Below, one piece after another: positions 1 to 9,732 of a stretch of 21,759 nt of DNA. Each line of letters starts with the position of its first letter. Position 1 is the stretch's first letter. Origin of the DNA: Octopus sinensis. Lineage: Eukaryota. The stretch spans positions 1 through 21,759 of the forward strand of contig NW_021824818.1 in NCBI RefSeq assembly GCF_006345805.1, given 5' to 3'. Below the pieces are notes generated by a model, which saw only the letters and a list, made by a program, of their open reading frames with translations, was not told the origin of the DNA and searched no databases. A program made the translations under genes and the position numbers.

Positions 1-20
1 GCAACGCTTGGTTGAGTATC

Positions 21-785
21 CCGGTCGCGATTTTTTTTCCACCCACGAGAGTTCCGGACTCATTTGCATACAGCCAATCAGAGCAGAGCCATGTTTATCC
101 TTTCTTCCTTTCTAGTCAATTTGGGCAAGTGTGTTATTGCGCCGACGTCGGAGTAACCAGTGAACATTGAAGGATCAACACCAAGAAAAAAGAAATATTA
201 TTTACATATATTTATTCGTTTGCCCGACAGGCAGTTAGAGAGACGGTAGTACTTGTAGTGATAGCGAAATTATTTTTCGATAGTAACAAAGAGGTTACTG
301 TCTACAAGTAGAGAGGGAAAGAGCAAGGAATGCACGGTGCTGACTAGAAAGGAAGACATGATAAAGGTGGCTCTGCTCTAGTAACAAAAAGGTTACTGTT
401 TACTAGTAGAGAGGGAAAGAGCAAGGAATGCACGGTGCTGACTAGAAAGGAAGAAAGGATAAAGGTGGCTCTTCTCTGATTGGTTGTATTTTTTCGATAG
501 TAACAAAAAGGTTACTATCTACTAGTAGAGAGGGAAAGAGTAAGGAATACACGGTGCTGACTAGAAAGGAAGAAATGATAAAGGTGGTTCTGCTCTGATT
601 GGCTGTATTTTTTTCGAGAGTAACAAAAAGGTTACTATCTACTAGTAGAGAGGGAAAGAGTAAGGAATGCACGGTGCTGACTAGAAAGGAAGAAAGGATA
701 AAAGTGGCTGTGCTCTGATTGGCTGTATGCAAATGAGTTCATTACAGGAGTCCGGAACTCTCGTGGGAAAAATTTCGCATGCCGG
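21..785. mobile_element. Putative non-autonomous TIR/fold-back element with subterminal tandem array
   Basis: ~42-118 (cccacgagagttccggact-catttgcatacagccaatcagagcagagcc...ctttctagtca) is the reverse complement of ~678-767, apart from a 13-14 nt indel. Weaker similarity extends to ccgg at 21-24 and 782-785. No ORF; superfamily and TSD not identifiable. Confidence 0.55.
271..728 (+). repeat. Tandem array, 4 copies of a ~120 bp unit
   Basis: Units start at 281, 379, 498 and 618 (tagtaacaaaaaggttacta tctactagtaga gagggaaagag...ctgattggctgtatttttttcga); periods 98, 119 and 120 bp. Confidence 0.92.
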
Positions 786-904
786 TCTTTTCTATCTCTA
801 TGCAATGATGCCAGTGTCTGTGAACTGGAACAGAGCATTTGCTGAGTAAATGAACGAAGCTTTTAGCAAGTAGTCATTTTTGGAGGTGCAGACATTTTTG
901 TTTT

Positions 905-1130
905 TCTTTGATAGTTTCGGTCATTAGACTGCGACCATGCTGGGGAACGATATTTAAGGGTTTAATCGACCCCAGTATTTATTTTTGTCTGGTAATTATT
1001 TTGTTGCTCTCTTTTACCAAACCACTAAGTATGGAAATGTAAGGAAACCAGCATATGTTGTCAAGCGGTTTGTAGAGGGGGCGACTAACACAAAGACGCA
1101 CGCGCGCGCACGCACAGACACACAGACATA
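905..1130 (-). mobile_element. Degenerate 3' half of SINE family B (CORE-type, octopus OR2-like)
   Basis: gtttcggtcattagactgcgaccatgctgg...ctcttttaccaaaccactaag...ttgtcaagcg aligns by eye to the 3' part of the intact copy at 5790-6180. Confidence 0.7.
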
Positions 1131-1224
1131 ATGTTCTCACCCTTACTCTTCCTATACATATAATCATATACATATATGTATGTGTGTATGTATATAATAT
1201 ATATATATATATATATATTATATA

Positions 1225-1600
1225 TCTCTATATAAACGGCAGTTTGTCTGTGCGTTTTCTGTGTGTCTGTTTCTCGTACCCTCACTCTGACCACGGCTTT
1301 CAACCGATTCTGATGAAACTTGACACACATAGCCCAATGTCATAATTCAAAACTAACGCAGCGAAAATTTTGAAAAGTTCCCCCAGTTCTGAAAAAAAAT
1401 CGATAAATTCGACCTGGGGTCGAGAATCAGAAACCAAACCACAGACCGTCTAGGAACGCAACTCCACCTTTTTTTTTACTCTCAAAAAAATTTACCATAA
1501 TTTTTTCCCTTTTTTTTGCTATTTTTTGGCTATAACTCTCTAAAAATGCTTTATAGTTATTTCCCTTACAAACCTGAGCAACGCCGGGCGATACTGCTAG
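1225..1600 (+). mobile_element. Non-autonomous Helitron
   Basis: A|TC start at 1224/1225; 3' GC-rich hairpin cctgagc-aac-gccggg followed by atactgCTAG|T (CTAG 1597-1600); internal gtctgt microsatellite and ccgattctgatgaaactt motif typical of short invertebrate Helitrons. Confidence 0.75.
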
Positions 1601-1669
1601 TCTATATATATTATATATGTATGTATATATATATATATATATGTATGTATATATATATATATATGTATG

Positions 1670-1700
<31 letters not shown>

Positions 1701-1882
1701 ATATATAATATATGTATGTATATATTATATATATATTGTATATATATATATATATTATATTATATATAATATAATATATGTATGTATATATATATATATA
1801 TATTATGTATATATATATATATATAGTATGTCTATTATATATATATATATATGTAGGTATATATTATATATATATATGTATT

Positions 1883-1915
<33 letters not shown>

Positions 1916-1944
1916 ATATATTAATATAATATATGTATATTATA

Positions 1945-2007
<63 letters not shown>

Positions 2008-2015
2008 CATATATA
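1601..2015. repeat. (TA)n/(TATG)n compound microsatellite
   Basis: Direct reading; source of the spurious Ile/Tyr-rich ORFs. Confidence 0.97.
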
Positions 2016-2179
2016 AGGTTCTTTTCTCAATCTTAACTCTTTGAGAAAAAATCTTCTCTCTAAATATTATAACTGTACCAAGGAATTTCCAAAGTACTCC
2101 AAAATATATATATATATATATATTTAGACAATCAGTAAGTTGTCATAATAGGACTCAGAGTTTCAAATGCCGAAGCATT

Positions 2180-2239
2180 TTATTATTATTTTTATTAATT
2201 TTATTATGATTATTATTATTATTATTGTTATTATTATTA

Positions 2240-2285
<46 letters not shown>
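2180..2285. repeat. (ATT)n microsatellite
   Basis: Direct reading; source of the poly-I and poly-N ORFs. Confidence 0.97.
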
Positions 2286-2288
<3 letters not shown>

Positions 2289-2295
2289 CGAACAC

Positions 2296-2435
2296 ATAAA
2301 CGCGACGAGTTTTCACACGAAGCAGTGGTCGACTCGGGGTCATAGTAGAACACACTTGTCCATGGTTCCACGTAGTGGGAATGAACTCGAAACCACGTGG
2401 TTTCAAAGCAGGCTTCTTAACCAGACAGGCATAGA
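2296..2435 (-). mobile_element. Degenerate 5' half (tRNA-like head plus CORE-like segment) of SINE family B
   Basis: ggtcgactcggggtcatagtagaacacacttgtccatggttccacgtagtgggaatgaactcgaaaccacgtgg aligns with 6070-6150. Confidence 0.7.
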
Positions 2436-2743
2436 CATATCTGCACTTATTTACAATATTATTTGAAATTCAGATTGGTAAATCTGGTTACAAAAATAAG
2501 TATGTCTTTATATATATTCTAATTGAAAACACTTTCAGTTCTGAAACCATGAAACCTGAGTAGATAAAATACCACCTCGGAAAGATGTTGTATGACAAGG
2601 AAAATATAGAGCTTCATTTTTACTTAATATAATTAGAAACTGAGCAAATTTAAAGACATTCTTTGAAGACATCTACTATATTAATGTAGGAGGATTGCTA
2701 GTATCATACAGTATTGTTCTTTAATATAGCACAGAAAAAAAAA

Positions 2744-3360
2744 GGCGGCGACCTGGCAGAATCGTTAGCACGCCGGGCGAAATGCGTAGCCGTATTTCGT
2801 CTGCCGTTGCGTTCTGAGTTCGAATTTCGCCGATGTCGACTTTACCTCTCATCCTTTCGGGGTCGACAAATTAAATACCAATTACGCACTGGGGTCCATG
2901 TAATCGACTTAATCCGTTTGTTTGTCCTTGTTTCCCCCCATCCCTGTGTTTAGCCCCTTGTGGGTAGTAAAGAAATAGGTATTTCGTCTGCCGCTACGTT
3001 CTGAGTTCGAATTCCGCCGAGGTCGACTTTGCCTTTCATCCTTTCAGGGTCGGTTAAATAAGTACCAGTTACGCACTGGGGTCGAGGTAATCGACTTAAT
3101 CCGTTTGTTTGTCCTTGTCCCCCCCCCCCTGTGTTTAGCCCCTTGTGGGCACTAAAGAAATAAGAAACGTTAGCACGCCGGGTGAAATGCTCAGCGGTAT
3201 TTCGTCTGTCTTTACGTTCTGTGTTCAAATTCCGCCGAGGTCGACTTTACCTTTCATCCTTGCGGGGTCGATAAATTAAGTACCAGTTGCGTACTAAATA
3301 GATCTAATCGACTGGCACCCTCCCCCAAAATTTCGAGACTTGAGCCTAGAGTAGAAAAGA
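2744..3360 (+). mobile_element. tRNA-derived SINE family A, three-unit multimer
   Basis: Head ggcggcgacctggcagaatcgttagc (A-box-like), B-box-like gagttcgaatt/gttcaaattcc, and the central actttgcctttcatcctttcggggtcgat domain (Meta/MESC-like, tentative) present three times. Confidence 0.9.
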
Positions 3361-3423
3361 AGTGATTAAAACTATTATGGAGAACCCTATTCCAAAATGC
3401 ATGTCATTAAGTACAAACGTTGT

Positions 3424-3858
3424 GTTGTCAGATAAATTCGTTCGTTTCTACCCCCAATTCATTTTAATACTTATTTTTCATCGGCGCTTAAGCAATAAGT
3501 TTTCTGGAGTTTACTCACCGAGGGAAGGCAACGGGCGACAATATCGTGAAAACATTCCATTTGCTGGGCCAATTCCTTATTGGATTGGAGAAGAACCTTA
3601 TGGATGAGCTTGCTCAATCAATCCTCACTTGATTGAATCAGTCGGCCAGAATGCAAGAATCTGTGAAGTCGAATTTCTCCTCCTTGGTGCATGAAAATCC
3701 TTTCTGTTGCAGCTCCTTGTTTTTTCAGCCATAGAGTCTTCTCCGTACATAACACAAATGTCTTGAGTGGCATTAGCAGGTTTGGAACTTTGGTTGAAAG
3801 TGAAGAGAAGCAGGTGTTGAAAATGCTCGTTTCTTTTTACTTGGCATTCAACCGTCAT
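3424..3858 (-). pseudogene. Mariner (Tc1/mariner) transposase N-terminal remnant
   Basis: Minus-strand translation ECQVKRNEHFQHLLLFTFNQSSKPANATQDICVMYGE, then after frameshifts HSGR..KELAQQMECFHDIVARCLPSVSKLQKL..LSDN. This matches mariner HTH domains and the region leading to WVPHEL. Stops and frameshifts present; no catalytic domain. Confidence 0.8.
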
Positions 3859-4756
3859 ATATATCTGACCATTTATTTATTCAAATTTATTCAAATTTCA
3901 AAAAACGATCAACAAAAGTTGTAGAAGAATAAAAAATTTACTAAAGAAAATCATAAAACACTACAATAGAAGTATTTTTCATATGAATTCAGAAAACACA
4001 GAGGAGAAGCAAATGAATTTATCTGACAAGCCAATACAATAGCAACACGCATTTATGTCCTATGTTGCAGAGAAAGCGTTAGCGTTGCTTTCTGAGCTTC
4101 AAGCTTACAATTTTACTAACCATCTAGATTTTTCATGTCTCGGCTTTTCAAATATTGTCATGGCTTTTGTTTTTATCGCTGAATGCAACGGCACATGCAT
4201 AAAACATTTTGAAAAATCGGTAACGTGGAGATGATATGTTGTTATATCGATAGATTAGGAAATAAAGGATGTAGGCTGTGTATCTCATAAAATGGACTCA
4301 GTATGAGAATGGATTTCGAAGTAAAACCATGAGTGAATATTATTAGAGCAACTAACGTAATCTATCAAAATATCCCCAGACTTGGTGTTGTGGTTGTGCT
4401 ATTTCATTCGCAATCCTAAATTAGAACATGATTCAACTTGGTTTTAGCCACAACAACGATGTACAGAAACAACTTGGACTCGGTAACTAACGACTAAGTC
4501 CACGTTTCTTTGAAAGAGGATAAACTGATGGAGACGGGGGAATACGTTTACAGATTTCAGAAAGAAGGTAGTTGTGGTGTCTGATTGTAGGCCCTGTTTT
4601 TGTGGAACATTGACAATAAACATAATGGAAAGCATACAATCAGACTACACATTGCTGGAATGCAGATAATCAGAGGCCGTGAGTGGGATTCTACGAGTAA
4701 TTTGTAACAGAAGACGCTCATGGATACTTTCAGGAGTTACCATTATAAAGAGTAGA

Positions 4757-4915
4757 TGCAAGTTGGCAGAATCGTTAGCACGCCGAGCAAAATGCTTTTT
4801 GTCCATCTTGACGTTCAGAGTTCAAATTCCATCAAGGTCGACTTTGTCTTTCATTTTAGAGGGGTCAATAAAATAAATACGAGCTGAGCATTTGTGTCAA
4901 TGTAATCGACTATCG
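4757..4915 (+). mobile_element. Degenerate SINE family A monomer
   Basis: tggcagaatcgttagcacgccgagcaaaatgc...gagttcaaattcc...gtcgactttgtctttcat. Confidence 0.75.
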
Positions 4916-4935
4916 CCCACCACCATTACAACAAC

Positions 4936-5270
4936 CCCAGTATTCAACTGGTATCTATTTTAGCGACCCCGAAAGGATGAAAGGCAAAATTGACCTCGGC
5001 GGAGTTTGAACTCAGAATGTGCTGACGGACGAAATGCCTATTTCTTTACTACCCACAAGGGGCTAAACACAGAGAGGACAAACAAGGACAGACAAACGGA
5101 TTAAGTCGATTATATCGACCCCAGTGCGTAACTGGTACTTATTTGATCGACCCCGAAAGGATGAAAGGCAAAGTCGACCTCGGCGGAATTTGAACTCAGA
5201 ACGTAGCGGCAGGCGAAATACCTCTAAGCATTTCGCCCACCGTGCTAACGACCATGCTAGCTCGCCGCCT
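4936..5270 (-). mobile_element. SINE family A, two-unit multimer
   Basis: Head ends in ctcgccgcct at 5261-5270; two gaccccgaaaggatgaaaggcaaa units joined at cgaaatgcc|tatttc. Confidence 0.9.
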
Positions 5271-5344
5271 TATCGTGACAGTATATTGAAATAAAGTAAA
5301 CCTTTCAAAGTATAGCCTTTAAAGGAAACTAAATTAAATTTGTG

Positions 5345-5659
5345 GTATACTGTCAACATAACGTGACAGTCCCGTAAAGGGAATTACACCACCGCTATTT
5401 AGCCCTTGGAAGCATCAACGCTTCCTGTCGGCCTTGACACATTTCCTGTGTCCTTATATATTTACGAAGGGGAGACAAGCACCCCCAACAGCTAGGCCTG
5501 CATCTAGAGACATGCATGTTCCTGGGTCTTGACCCTTCGTAAATATATAAGGACACAGGAAATGTGTCAAGGCCGACAGGAAGCGTCGATGCTTCCTAGG
5601 GCTAAATAGCGGTAGTGTAATTCCCTTTACGGGACTGTCACGTTATGTTAACAGTATAC
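5345..5659. mobile_element. MITE / fold-back element with ~127 bp inverted arms
   Basis: 5345-5471 is the reverse complement of 5533-5659 with only a few mismatches; ~61 bp spacer; TA flanks the ctgt...acag ends, suggesting a TA TSD. Confidence 0.88.
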
Positions 5660-5789
5660 AACCGCTCTATCGCTCCACCACCGCTCGAGATATTTAGAAA
5701 TTTAATATTTCTAAATTAAGTTTGTCGTAGCAAAATAGAAATACATTGGTATTAATGAATCTGGTTCAGGCAAACAAATGTAAATATCT

Positions 5790-6180
5790 TTTTTTTACTT
5801 CTTTCAGTCATTTGACTGCGGCCATGCTGGAGCACCTCCTTTAGTCGAGCAAATCGACCTCGGGACTTATTCTTTGTAAGCCCAGTACTTATTCTATCGG
5901 TCTCTTTTGCCGAACCGCTAAGTGACGGGGACGTAAACACACCAGCATCTGTTGTCAAGCAATGCTAGAGGGGGGGGGGCAAACACAGACACACAAACAC
6001 ATACATATATACACATATACGACAGGCTTCTTTCAGTTTCCGTCTACCAAATCCACTCACAAGGCATTGGTCGGCCCGGGGGCTATAGCAGAAGCCACTT
6101 GCCCAAGATGCCACGCAGTGGGACTGAACCCGGAACCATGTGGTTGGTTAGCAAGCTACTTACCACACAGCCACTCCTGC
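5790..6180 (-). mobile_element. SINE family B, full-length (tRNA head, CORE-like segment, internal microsatellite, 3' tail)
   Basis: Minus strand: gcaggagtggctgtgtggtaag (A box), gggttcagtccc (B box), cttgggcaagtggcttctgctatagcccc (CORE-like), tail ...ggccgcagtcaaatgactgaaag. Confidence 0.92.
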
Positions 6181-6512
6181 TGTGAAGAAAACAATATATA
6201 CAAGACTATCAGCACAGTACAATAAACGTGAATGAATTCCTAATGGCAGTTATAATATACAGTATATGCAGACAAAGCAAAATTTCATTGATATCAGTAC
6301 ACAGGAAGCAACAGGGAAATAATTGAATGCGTTTCAGCCGACAGTCTAAACTATTGTACGCAGCAAACAGCAAAACTTTTCTGCGATAGGATTTGGGTCA
6401 CCAAAATCGTCTTCAAGCATTAAATCATTTTCATTCCCATCAAGCGATTTATTAATGCCACATAGCGCGCGCGCATACACACACACACAAACATACACAC
6501 GAGTAAGCATAT

Positions 6513-6755
6513 AAATGCAAAACAAGATGGAAAATATTGTACTCGAATACCGGTGGTAGAGTAATGTGTTTTTTTTTTAATTAAAGCTGCAAAAATATTA
6601 CAAAAAAAAATGTTACTCAGAGTTTCGTGTTCCCGTTCGTCCAGTTCTGATCATTCTTCGTGACAACTGCTCGACGAACGGGAAGATGAAACTCATGAAA
6701 CTCTGAGTCGCAGTTCTTTTGTGATGTTCTTGCAGCTTTAATAAAATGAAAGTAC
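6513..6755. mobile_element. Short fold-back element with a ~160 bp imperfect hairpin
   Basis: Nested inverted pairs: 6581-6592/6730-6741 (ttaaagctgcaa), 6615-6626/6697-6708 (actcagagtttc), 6630-6641/6673-6684 (ttcccgttcgtc). Abuts (TA)n. Confidence 0.7.
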
Positions 6756-6820
<65 letters not shown>

Positions 6821-6980
6821 GGGAGAGTTTACGAAAAAAAACAAAAGACGAAGACAGGTGGTGTACAAACAAACAGATGTATTAGTATAACGCTCAGGAA
6901 TAGAAAAAGTCTTTTACGTTTCGAGCCTACGCTCTTCTACAGAAGGGACACAGAAAAAAACAAGGAGAGAAACAAGGAGA
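6821..6980 (-). mobile_element. Short hammerhead-bearing element (PLE pseudo-LTR / retrozyme-like), copy 1
   Basis: Homologous by eye to 17890-18081 (gagcgttatactaatacatctg...ctgtcttcgtctttt); pyrimidine-rich 5' part; 3' end fused to (TA)n at 6756-6820. Confidence 0.65.
6911..6947 (-). ncRNA. Minimal type I hammerhead ribozyme motif, variant core (A6U)
   Basis: Minus strand: ccctt CUGUAGA a gagc-gtag-gctc GAAA CGU A aaag. Stem II is intact, stem III is the palindromic ACGU, and stem I is weak. Confidence 0.55.
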
Positions 6981-7107
6981 GAAAAAAAGGCGCGAAGTGA
7001 CAGAATCGCTATAGATACGGGAAAAATGCTTAGCGGCATTTCGTCCGTCTGCACGTTCTAAGTTCAAATTCCGCCGTGGTCGACGTTGCCTGTTATCCTT
7101 TCAGAGT
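6979..7107 (+). mobile_element. Degenerate SINE family A 5' fragment
   Basis: gaaaaatgcttagcggcatttcgtccgtc...aagttcaaattccgccgtggtcgac. Confidence 0.7.
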
Positions 7108-7152
7108 TGATATAATATGGTTACACACACACACACACACATACACACACAC

Positions 7153-7192
<40 letters not shown>

Positions 7193-7196
<4 letters not shown>

Positions 7197-7560
7197 ACTG
7201 TGTGGTAAGTAGCTTGCTTACCAACCACATGGCTCAGGGTTCAGTCCCACTGCGTGGCACCTTGGGCAAGTGTCTTCTACTATAGCCTCGGGCTGACCAA
7301 AACCTTGTGAGTTGATTTGGTAGACGGAAACTGAGAGAAGTTCGTCATGTGTGTGTGTGCGTGTGCTTGTGTTTGTACCCCCCCCCCAAACATCGCTTGA
7401 CAACCGATGCTGGTGTGTTTACTTAGCTTTTCGGCAAAAGAAACTGATAGAATAAGTATTAGGCTTACAAAGAATAAGTCCTGGGCTCGATTTGCTCGAC
7501 TAAATGCGGTGCTCCAGCATGGCCGCAGTCAAATGACTGAAACAAATAAAAAAATAAAAG
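7193..7560 (+). mobile_element. SINE family B, near full-length with small internal deletion
   Basis: ctgtgtggtaagtagcttgcttacc...gggttcagtccc...cttgggcaagtgtc...ccagcatggccgcagtcaaatgactgaaac. Confidence 0.9.
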
Positions 7561-7683
7561 AATATATATATATTAAAAATGCTTGTTCGAAATCCTACAC
7601 CACTGTTGGCATTATAAAGGATTAAAAATTTTTTGGTCACAGAGTTCTACGGTGAATGAAATAAAAATCAGGATAAATAATTG

Positions 7684-7885
7684 TTCACATATTAACAGAT
7701 TTCTGTAACCTTTCTGAAATAAGACCGTTAATATTTTAAGTAGGATCATTATGTATTCCATAAGGAATATTGCATAATGGTTTCCGAATTACAATGATCA
7801 ACTACCTGAAATACATAAGTGCAAGCTAGATTTTTATATAATTAGATGAAACGGAGAAGGAAATTTGAGTGTGTGTGTGTGTATT
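7684..7885 (+). repeat. ~200 bp direct repeat, copy 1 (copy 2 at 9733-9955)
   Basis: ttcacata.taacagattt...aacctttctg.aataag...ataatggtttccgaa.tacaa...gatttttatataat.agatgaaacg...gtgtgtgtgtgtatt is shared; offset ~2.05 kb. Confidence 0.85.
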
Positions 7886-7887
7886 GG

Positions 7888-8047
7888 AGCAGGCGCGGCT
7901 GTCATAAGAAGTTTCAATCCCAATCACATGATTCCGGGTTCAGTCCTACTGCATGGCACCTTGGCCAAGTGTCTTCTTACTATAGCTTCGGCCGACCAAA
8001 ATCTTGTGAGTGGATTTGGGGTTGACGGAAACTGAAAGAAGGTCGTC

Positions 8048-8099
<52 letters not shown>

Positions 8100-8284
8100 T
8101 GTGTTGTGTATGTGTGTGTGTAAAATTTAGAGAAAAACCTCTATTAAACAATTGTTTAATATAGGTTTTTTCTCTAAATTATATACATATATTATATATT
8201 GTGAAATTTGATTTTAAATTGCTAAATTGAATTTTTTCCTGTAAGTTTTGAAATTATATTCCCTACTATCATATATATATATAT

Positions 8285-8316
<32 letters not shown>

Positions 8317-8600
8317 TGTATGTATGTATGTATGATGTATGTATGTATGTATGGATGGATGGATGTATGTATTTATGTGTGTGTGTGTGTGTCTTTTTTG
8401 CCCTCCAAATTCACCGCTTGCCAACCGGTTTTGGTGTGTTTATGTCCCCATAACATAGCAGTTCGACCAAAGGGTTGGTTGAATAAGTACCAGGCTTTAT
8501 AAAACAGTACTGGGGTCGATACGTTCGACTATGAATTCTTCAAGGCGGTGCCCCAGCATAGCCGCAGTCTAATGACTGAAACAAGTAAAAAATGAAAGAT
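7888..8600 (+). mobile_element. SINE family B, diverged, with expanded/interrupted middle
   Basis: Head at 7888-8050 and tail at 8395-8600 (ccagcatagccgcagtctaatgactgaaac), separated by microsatellites and a palindrome. Confidence 0.8.
8124..8180. repeat. 57 bp spacerless palindrome
   Basis: aatttagagaaaaacctctattaaac-aa|tt-gtttaatataggttttttctctaaatt, centred at 8151/8152; one mismatch and one bulge. Confidence 0.92.
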
Positions 8601-8723
8601 TAAAAGACGTGGGTAAATACTCAATCTTTCTCTGCTGTCCTTACAGCTCTACAGTACTCAGGAATTTACTTCTTCGTCTGCAAAATAAGTGTGTGCGTCT
8701 GTGTGTGTGTCTGTCTGTCTGTC

Positions 8724-8754
<31 letters not shown>

Positions 8755-8908
8755 ACAGAGAGAGAGAGCTCGTTCAAAATGCTTGACCGCCGTTGGCACC
8801 ATGAAAGATTCAACATTTTTTTTCCAGATATCTCTTATCTCTTATGATAAAAGGCAGATTTTCTCTGCCTGTTCCCATGTTCCTTTTTAATACAATTCTA
8901 CAATATAG

Positions 8909-9312
8909 AATTTCTTCAATTAGAATTTACCAATGATTTTTCGAAGTAGATTCGATTGGGTCATGGCATATAAAGTTTTTTCAATTTGACCCCCAATTGA
9001 GCAAAAATTCGAGAAAAGTAAATATTTTACGATTTGCCTCTCTAATTTCAACTGCTTCACTCCTGCTATTACCATAATTTCTCCTACTTTCTCTTTGCAA
9101 GTGTACTTTAAACCACTACTAAAAAAAATACAGAGCAAACAGAAACAAATAAATACATAACGATTTACTCCTCACACAATTTCTTCAGTTGGAATTTACC
9201 TATGATTTTTCCAAGTACATTCCATTCGGTCATGGCATATAAATTTCTTTCAATTTGACCCCCAATTAAGCAAAAATTTGAAAAAACTCAATATTTTACG
9301 ATTTCCCTCTCT
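8909..9312 (+). repeat. Diverged ~135 bp duplication (8909-9043 and 9178-9312), period 269 bp
   Basis: aatttcttca...ggtcatggcatataaa...caatttgacccccaatt.agcaaaaatt...atattttacgattt.cctctct present twice. Confidence 0.88.
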
Positions 9313-9446
9313 CACTCCGCCTATTAGCACACGTTCTCTTTACACACATAGACACGCAAACATACATATATGACAGTGTCAATTGTTGAAAGAAAATTGT
9401 AAGCTAAGAAGGTGTGTGTGTGTGTGTGGTGTGCGTGCGTGTGTGC

Positions 9447-9483
<37 letters not shown>

Positions 9484-9635
9484 TGTGTGTGTCTGTGTGT
9501 GTGAGTGTGTGTGTGTGTGTAGGAAGTGAAGGATAAAAATATGGCAAGAAGTGGACAGATGTACATATATACATACATACATCCATACTTTGCAAAATTT
9601 TTACTTTTCAAAATTTCCAATTCTAAAAGGCTGAA

Positions 9636-9669
9636 ACAAACCCGAGCATCGCCGGGCTATACTGCTAGT
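9636..9669 (+). mobile_element. Helitron 3' terminus (5' boundary unresolved, possibly near 8670)
   Basis: acaaacccgagcatcgccgggctatactgCTAG|T is nearly identical to the 3' end at 1568-1601. Confidence 0.75.
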
Positions 9670-9732
9670 CTATGATAAACGAGATGAAAATGCAAGATAA
9701 AAGCTTTAATATGACACCGGAACCAATAAATT

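Noticed and set aside
281-728. Regular repeat array superficially like CRISPR
   Set aside because: Contiguous ~120 bp units with no unique spacers, no cas genes, and an animal genomic context.
1310-1330. CTGATGA box in the Helitron
   Set aside because: No stem II or GAAA downstream; it is part of a common Helitron internal motif.
1516-2466. ORFs rich in I/Y, poly-N or poly-I (also 9324-9620, 9955-10363, 16455-17477, 18878-19138, 20334-20579)
   Set aside because: They are translations of (TA)n, (CA)n and (ATT)n microsatellites with no protein-like complexity.
2714-3228. ORFs over SINE family A (also 15431-15673, 21301-21519) and family B (5752-6225, 7218-7625, 17664-18001)
   Set aside because: Recurring SINE read-through peptides, not genes.
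4200-4755. Complex non-repetitive stretch with protein-looking pieces (LMETGEYVYRFQKEG; LWNIDNKHNGKHTIRLHIAG)
   Set aside because: Four stops in ~105 codons and no motif I can name. There is a faint resemblance to an RTE LINE C-terminus, but tBLASTx would be needed to claim it.
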